Shown here piece by piece: positions 58,570-64,000 of a DNA stretch of 64,000 bases (its first letter is position 1; every line of letters begins with the position of its first letter). A program made the position numbers and the translations under genes. The stretch comes from an uncultured virus (IMG/VR IMGVR_UViG_3300024324_000019). Lineage: Duplodnaviria > Heunggongvirae > Uroviricota > Caudoviricetes. The DNA lies in IMG/VR virus record IMGVR_UViG_3300024324_000019, one strand, 5' to 3'. The notes beneath the pieces are model-generated. The model was not told the DNA's origin. It saw only the letters and a program-made list of their open reading frames with translations, and did no database searches.

Positions 58570-58872
58570 ATGAAAGAATATATTCACACGATTCATGGTA
58601 ATGTAGAATCTTTCTACGACGACGAATTGAAAACAACTTTCACAGATACAGCCACCAAATGGTATCTCTGCATGTTAGAAGAAGTAGAATCTGGTGACGC
58701 TGTAATTACAGTGGTTGATACAACACCCGAAGTCACCTATGCGGATAACCGGACTGCTGAATACGCTTCAATCACAGACCAACTAGATATGCAATACCAC
58801 GACTCTATCAACGGCACAACTACATGGGTCGACCATGTTGAAGCCGTGAAGACTAAATATCCCAAAGGGTAA
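58570..58872 (+). CDS. Fibre-associated chaperone-like protein
   Basis: Y...R..EY.SI.DQLDM.YHD...G..TW......VK.KYPK. Confidence 0.7.
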   Translation: MKEYIHTIHGNVESFYDDELKTTFTDTATKWYLCMLEEVESGDAVITVVDTTPEVTYADNRTAEYASITDQLDMQYHDSINGTTTWVDHVEAVKTKYPKG

Positions 58873-58879
58873 AAGATAA

Positions 58880-61315
58880 ATGGCAATTAACACAATTGAT
58901 ACCGACGTTCTTGAAAGCACCAAACTTCAGGACTTATCAGCGAACACAGCGGTTCCTATTAATCTAGGAGCCGTGACCGCTACCTCTGTGACTTCATCCG
59001 GTGCCGTATCAGGAACAACCGGAACATTTACAGGCGCTGTTGCAGGAACAACCGGAACATTTACAGGCGCTGTTGCAGGAACAACCGGAACATTTACAGG
59101 CGCTGTATCTGCTAATGGTGCCATGACTTCAGCCGCTTTCTCTGGTGTTGTTGAAACTGATGGTACATACGTTGACGCTGTTATTTTTGGTCCTGCGAGG
59201 GATGGTGTTCAATGGGATGAAAAACTCAATCTGTCTACTGTGAAGAAAATCATGGTAGCGACCATCAAGGACGCAGGCGCAGATACGACCGTTGAGATCT
59301 GGGATTACACAGATAGCACGATTGTCGGTGGTACTGCTATGGCGGCAATAACCATTACTGGTGCTGCAACACCGACTTCCATTGCAGCCAGCATGGGCTA
59401 TATCATTGTGGGTTCCGAGGATGGCATTCATATCATCCACCCACATTTTGGTTCTTGGGCCGAAGCCACAACAGGTTGGCCCCGATCATTAAACTCAACT
59501 GACACCCCTAATTTGAACAACAACGATGTGATTGGAGTTGCAGCAAATACGCTTTCCAGTGGTCCAACTGATAGTAATACAGGAGGGCAAATCCCAACCT
59601 TTGGTGTCAAGTATGGGACAGGGACATTCCAAGCCTCTGTTATTAAGAACGATGGAACAGTTAAAGATGTAATCCAGATAACAGCAACATCTTCTCCTGC
59701 TATCGCCATCGGCCAAGATATGCTGTTCGCTGCATATTCTACATCACAGTTCAGAGCAGCGGGACCGATTGATACAATTACTGCGGACCAAAGTGTCAAC
59801 CCACCATATAGTTATCTGTCATCTAACGGTGGGCTTGATAGTGTAGGTATCTCTGCTGATGCTTTTTCCATCGGAGAGAAGATTGGTGCGCTAGGCGGTA
59901 CTGGTGGCCTTGATTTTACTATTGGTCGCATGGGTCAAGGCTCATTGCAGAACCAGCTATTAGCCTCTGCGTCAATCACTAGGGCAACCAATTCTGGCTA
60001 CATGCTTCACACAACCAGAGGAGTTTGGCTTTGCAATTCAGCAACGGCTGATCTTAGTCCCTACGCGAATACGCTGACTAATAACGGTGCAGGTGTTACT
60101 GAGGTATCCGCTGACGGAGCTACTGGAGAACTTAAAGCCTATAATGGTTATAGCTCAACAATTAACCATACTCGCGCAAGTGATGAAGATTGGGATGTTT
60201 GTGGCACTGGCCCGTTTCATATGGCTATCTGGTTCAAGTCTTCCGGCAACTCTACTGGCGAAGTATTCTGCGGCTTTGGTAATGCTGCTCGGTCTGTGGA
60301 GAGTTATATCAGTTTCTTGACCAGTGGTGTTATTGATTGTCAAGTCAACGGCGCATCAGCGTCTGCAAGTGGACTTGCCACAACAGAGACATTTGATGAT
60401 GGTGCTTGGCACAAAGCTGACCTTGTAAACGTGTCATCCACAGAACGCTATTTGTACGTTGACGGCGTTTTAGAAGCCTCTGACACTACTAATACAGGCT
60501 CTATGTCTGACAGCGGTAATATGCCTTTTGCTATCGGATCACTGGCTAACGGGTCAACAAACCCCGCCACTTCTACCACATTAACAATGTGCCGCTTTGC
60601 CGGGGTTTCAAGCGTATCGCCATCTGCCGCCTTGATACGCAATATGTATTTGGCAGAGAAACCCATGTTTGATACAGCGGCCTTGGTTTTATTACAGTCC
60701 GGTACTACCGATGCGGTCCTTGACGTTGATGTTGATCCGGTTTCCGGTAAGGTCGCAGTAGTTCAGGCTGACGACAAAGGCATTTGGGACGGGCTTGTCT
60801 ATACAAATTCAGTAGAAGATGGCGCTTCAACCGCATTCGAACACCTAAAACTTTGGGGTGAGGGTCATTACGCAATTGGTGCTACCGATGCTTCAATCAA
60901 TATGCCAGCCGAGGATTTTAGAGAACTGGCTGAAACTGTCAGGGGTCTTGGTATTCAACATGAAGGTATTGATTTAAGTAAGGCGAAGGCTTGGCTTATT
61001 GGTGGACCAATTTCAACTAGCACAATCAACGGTTCATATGGGATAGAGAGTGTAACATGGGTATCTACTGGGCACATTGATGTAGTATTTGCCACACCTT
61101 TTAAGGAATCGGTTTCTGGTGCGGATAAAATCCCTTATGTGTGTCAGGTTACTATGCAACCAGATGCCGGGACGACAGATACTTGTTATTACTATGACGG
61201 CAGTGATGAAAGCACAAATACCTCATGTAGATTAGCCTTCTATAACGGCGCCGGTGCTGCCAGGAATGTTCAATCATATTCAGCCGTATGGTTTGGCGAA
61301 CTTGAAGGCGAGTAA
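58880..61315 (+). CDS. Fibre protein with LamG/concanavalin-like domain
   Basis: IWFK, DDG.WH, LYVDG, IG; N-terminal GTTGTFTGAV repeats. Confidence 0.75.
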   Translation: MAINTIDTDVLESTKLQDLSANTAVPINLGAVTATSVTSSGAVSGTTGTFTGAVAGTTGTFTGAVAGTTGTFTGAVSANGAMTSAAFSGVVETDGTYVDAVIFGPARDGVQWDEKLNLSTVKKIMVATIKDAGADTTVEIWDYTDSTIVGGTAMAAITITGAATPTSIAASMGYIIVGSEDGIHIIHPHFGSWAEATTGWPRSLNSTDTPNLNNNDVIGVAANTLSSGPTDSNTGGQIPTFGVKYGTGTFQASVIKNDGTVKDVIQITATSSPAIAIGQDMLFAAYSTSQFRAAGPIDTITADQSVNPPYSYLSSNGGLDSVGISADAFSIGEKIGALGGTGGLDFTIGRMGQGSLQNQLLASASITRATNSGYMLHTTRGVWLCNSATADLSPYANTLTNNGAGVTEVSADGATGELKAYNGYSSTINHTRASDEDWDVCGTGPFHMAIWFKSSGNSTGEVFCGFGNAARSVESYISFLTSGVIDCQVNGASASASGLATTETFDDGAWHKADLVNVSSTERYLYVDGVLEASDTTNTGSMSDSGNMPFAIGSLANGSTNPATSTTLTMCRFAGVSSVSPSAALIRNMYLAEKPMFDTAALVLLQSGTTDAVLDVDVDPVSGKVAVVQADDKGIWDGLVYTNSVEDGASTAFEHLKLWGEGHYAIGATDASINMPAEDFRELAETVRGLGIQHEGIDLSKAKAWLIGGPISTSTINGSYGIESVTWVSTGHIDVVFATPFKESVSGADKIPYVCQVTMQPDAGTTDTCYYYDGSDESTNTSCRLAFYNGAGAARNVQSYSAVWFGELEGE
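59011..59106 (+). repeat. 33-bp coding tandem repeat x3
   Basis: aggaacaaccggaacatttacaggcgctgt(tgc), units nearly identical. Confidence 0.92.
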
Positions 61316-61347
61316 ATGAATAAATACACTAAAGAGGAAACAAAGTA

Positions 61348-61806
61348 ATGAACGAGAAAATTGTAAACGCAGACGGCTCAGTAACCGTAGTTGGTGACGC
61401 TGGCTCTGTCTCTGGTATCCTGGCTAAGAAAGTCAAGGCTGCAACAATTCCTGCCACTTACGACCAAGAAGGCAACGAAACAGCCGCGGCTATCGTACCC
61501 GATGCTTCTACATTGGCTGTTGAGGTCACTGAAGAAGAATTGAAGACCCATGCTTGGCGTCTACCTAAGGTTCGTGAAGAAAAAATGGTACAATTGCGCC
61601 GGGTCCGTAACGCGAAACTGGAACAAATCGACAAAGAAATTATGGAAAAGGTTGTTGGTAAGCCTGGTGCTACCAGAACCAAAGCCAACTCCGCAGCGGA
61701 AAAGGTAGTCCTACGGGATATGCCTATCGCTGCGGAAGTAGCCCTTGACGCTATGGATAACACCGACGATATGGATGCCTTTACGCCTGCCGAACTGGCA
61801 GACTGA
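61348..61806 (+). CDS. Tail-fibre assembly chaperone-like protein
   Basis: LR..RN..L...D ... K..LRDMP. Confidence 0.65.
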   Translation: MNEKIVNADGSVTVVGDAGSVSGILAKKVKAATIPATYDQEGNETAAAIVPDASTLAVEVTEEELKTHAWRLPKVREEKMVQLRRVRNAKLEQIDKEIMEKVVGKPGATRTKANSAAEKVVLRDMPIAAEVALDAMDNTDDMDAFTPAELAD

Positions 61807-61820
61807 AGAAAGCAACAACT

Positions 61821-62150
61821 ATGGCTAACGATTACCTCGGCGAACGAATCGGTCACCTAGAAACCGAGCAAGCCAGATACGACGAAAGAATCAAGACGGC
61901 TTTTAACCGTATTGATGATATAAAAGAAGGTCAAGAAAAACATGAGGAGCGCGAACTTGCTTATCATCAAAAGACCGAAGACCATATTGATGCATTATCT
62001 GACAAGATGGACAAGCTAATTGATAACCAAAACTCGTTGATCGCTATGAAAAACAAATGGGCGGGTATCATCCTGGCTATTACTTTCATAGGTTCTGTCG
62101 GTTTCACCTTTTTTGATGCCATAAGCAATTTATTCAAGGGTGGCAGCTAA
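61821..62150 (+). CDS. Coiled-coil protein with C-terminal TM (holin/XhlA-like topology)
   Basis: Heptad pattern then a single hydrophobic helix. Confidence 0.5.
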   Translation: MANDYLGERIGHLETEQARYDERIKTAFNRIDDIKEGQEKHEERELAYHQKTEDHIDALSDKMDKLIDNQNSLIAMKNKWAGIILAITFIGSVGFTFFDAISNLFKGGS

Positions 62151-62158
62151 ATAGTAAT

Positions 62159-62488
62159 ATGAACATAATAGACGCATTAAAACATATCACAATTTCTCTC
62201 GGCGTAGTCTCTGCTATCGGTGGTGCTTATGCTGGTGCAGACGCAATGGGGCTTGATATTCCTAGGGTCGCATGGAATACCGAAGTTGAGGAAGTAAAAT
62301 TCCAACTGGTAGGTCTTGATGTTCGTACCCAAACACTTATTGTTGAACAGATTCAACGCCAAGTGTGGGCTATTGAAGACCGCATTGAAAAGCGTGGTAG
62401 CAACCAGTCGTCAAGAGACAGGTTGAGAAATTTAAAAGCGCAATTAGAAGAAGCCAATTCGCGCTTAAAGAAAATTAGAGGTTACTAA
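62159..62488 (+). CDS. N-terminal TM plus coiled-coil protein
   Basis: Hydrophobic N-terminus, helical C-terminus. Confidence 0.55.
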   Translation: MNIIDALKHITISLGVVSAIGGAYAGADAMGLDIPRVAWNTEVEEVKFQLVGLDVRTQTLIVEQIQRQVWAIEDRIEKRGSNQSSRDRLRNLKAQLEEANSRLKKIRGY

Positions 62489-63978
62489 TGGGATTAGGCA
62501 TTCAATCAATACCTAGCGCAATGTGGGAAAACTATCAGGGTGCTGTTCTCTATGAATTCACCGCGGCAGCGGCTCAAACTTCAGTATCTGGCGCAGACGA
62601 CAACGGCAATACTCTTGCATATACCGTGGGCGAAGGCAATTATCTTGTCTTACTCAACGGTGTTAAACTAAACGACGAAGATTATACAGCAACAACTGGT
62701 ACAAGTTTCACTGGTCTTGCGGCTATGACCGCCGGTTGGAAATTGGAAGTTCTTTCCTTTGGTGAAGTCACAAACCCTAATTCATATGCGAAAGCAGATA
62801 CCTATACCAAGACCGAAGTTGATGCAAAATATGCTCTTAATGGAGCCAATGCAGATATAACAAGTCTAACTGGTTTGACTACGCCATTGTCAGAGGCACA
62901 GGGCGGTACAGGTGCAACGAGTGCGCCAACGGGTAACAACCCTAACCTGATCATCAACGGCGGCATGACTGTCAGCCAGCGTGGGACTGTTACAGGTATA
63001 ACCTCTACAGAGTACACCGCAGCAGATCGTTGGCAGATATTTGTCGAAACTACAAACGCAATCGCTACTACAACTGTCGAGGCATCACCCGCTTTAATGG
63101 CCGCAGCGGGTTTTCCATCTGCATTAAAAGTGGACTGCACCACAGTCGAAAGTTCGTTGGCTGGTAGTGATTTCATGGGCATCCAATATAAGTTTGAAGG
63201 GCAGGATGTTCAGCATCTATTGCATGGCACATCTGGCTCTTTAGAAACTACGATCTCGTTTTGGTGGCAGTCGCCAAAGGCTGGTACACAGGTCGTTTTC
63301 ATGGTGGACAACGACAACAACTATGGCTGCCCTATGGAGTTCACAGTCACGGCGGCGAATACTGCCGAGTACTTCACTGTGACATTCCCCGCACAAACCT
63401 CTGGTAGCGCACTGCCTGATGATAATACCTATGCACTGAGCATCGGCTTCCCCCTGTTATCTAACGGTTATGAAAACACTGCCGATACTTGGACTTCTGG
63501 CGGTGGCTGGAGGTCAACGACAAACCAGCAGAACCTGATGGATAACACGGCGAACAACGTATACCTGACAGGCGTCAAACTGGAAGTTGCCAGCGCAGCC
63601 ACCAGCTTTGAGCATGAGAGTTATGGGGATACGCTGGCTAAGTGTCAGCGGTATTACGAACGGTTTGACAGTGAGGGTCTTTATAGGCTTTGGATAGATG
63701 GGTCTGCTCAACACAGTACATACCTAGAGGGGCAGTTAAACTTTGCTTGGAAACGTACCAATCCAACCGTTACATGTTCAGCTATAACAAACATGCGTGT
63801 TCTGCAACAAGGTGGTGGATATAATTGTACGTCCTTCAACTGTTGGTACATAACCCATGATAACTGTAATCCCCGATTTACAACATCAGGGTTAACGATA
63901 GGGAACGGGGCATTGGTGCAGACATTCCGGAACGCTGGTGCTGGTATCACTTATATTGAAATAGACGCGGAGCTATAG
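62488..63978 (+). CDS. Tail fibre / receptor-binding module
   Basis: GAN.DITSL.GL.TPLS..QGGTG, NPNLIINGGM.VSQRG, FEHE.YG..LAKCQRYY. Confidence 0.8.
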   Translation: MGLGIQSIPSAMWENYQGAVLYEFTAAAAQTSVSGADDNGNTLAYTVGEGNYLVLLNGVKLNDEDYTATTGTSFTGLAAMTAGWKLEVLSFGEVTNPNSYAKADTYTKTEVDAKYALNGANADITSLTGLTTPLSEAQGGTGATSAPTGNNPNLIINGGMTVSQRGTVTGITSTEYTAADRWQIFVETTNAIATTTVEASPALMAAAGFPSALKVDCTTVESSLAGSDFMGIQYKFEGQDVQHLLHGTSGSLETTISFWWQSPKAGTQVVFMVDNDNNYGCPMEFTVTAANTAEYFTVTFPAQTSGSALPDDNTYALSIGFPLLSNGYENTADTWTSGGGWRSTTNQQNLMDNTANNVYLTGVKLEVASAATSFEHESYGDTLAKCQRYYERFDSEGLYRLWIDGSAQHSTYLEGQLNFAWKRTNPTVTCSAITNMRVLQQGGGYNCTSFNCWYITHDNCNPRFTTSGLTIGNGALVQTFRNAGAGITYIEIDAEL

Positions 63979-64000
63979 GATGTACATAGAACACAAGATA

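Noticed and set aside
61821..62488. Definite holin/spanin lysis cassette
   Set aside because: Topology is suggestive only; no adjacent endolysin or o-spanin lipobox
57444..63978. Diversity-generating retroelement acting on fibres
   Set aside because: No reverse transcriptase and no near-identical TR/VR pair found by eye
1..64000. Alternative genetic code
   Set aside because: Core genes are full length in the standard code, and TAA, TAG and TGA all occur as stops

Overview
A 64-kb segment of a large T4-like (myovirus) phage genome, probably infecting an alphaproteobacterium. The host call is inferred from a permuted two-piece tmRNA with an ANDN...AA tag, a 17-kDa-antigen-like lipoprotein and a SleB-type hydrolase. 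About 1-30 kb is a + strand early/middle region of many small ORFs. It is punctuated by 7 near-identical and 2 degenerate copies of a ~44-bp sigma70-type promoter cassette. It contains a DexA-like exonuclease, an AT-rich endonuclease-methyltransferase pair, glutaredoxin, glycosyltransferases with a radical SAM enzyme, RNase H, an ExbB/ExbD-like membrane module, the tmRNA, gp33, gp59 and gp32. About 30-35.7 kb is a - strand block (tape measure, gp51, gp26, gp54, gp2, gp4). About 35.7-64 kb is a + strand baseplate/tail module (gp48, gp53, hub, gp5, PAAR, gp25, gp6, gp7, gp8, a 2067-aa structural protein, fibres) with T4 late promoters (TATAAATA). Three apparently intact free-standing homing endonucleases and one decayed one are scattered through the window. 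Most notable: a phage-encoded Ton/Tol/Mot-like membrane motor operon, a probable -1 frameshift fusing gp26 to gp51, the two-piece tmRNA, a stand-alone candidate ncRNA, a tandem pair of 32-bp palindromes, and an antisense early promoter inside the late module. All calls come from reading motifs by eye; no database searches were run.
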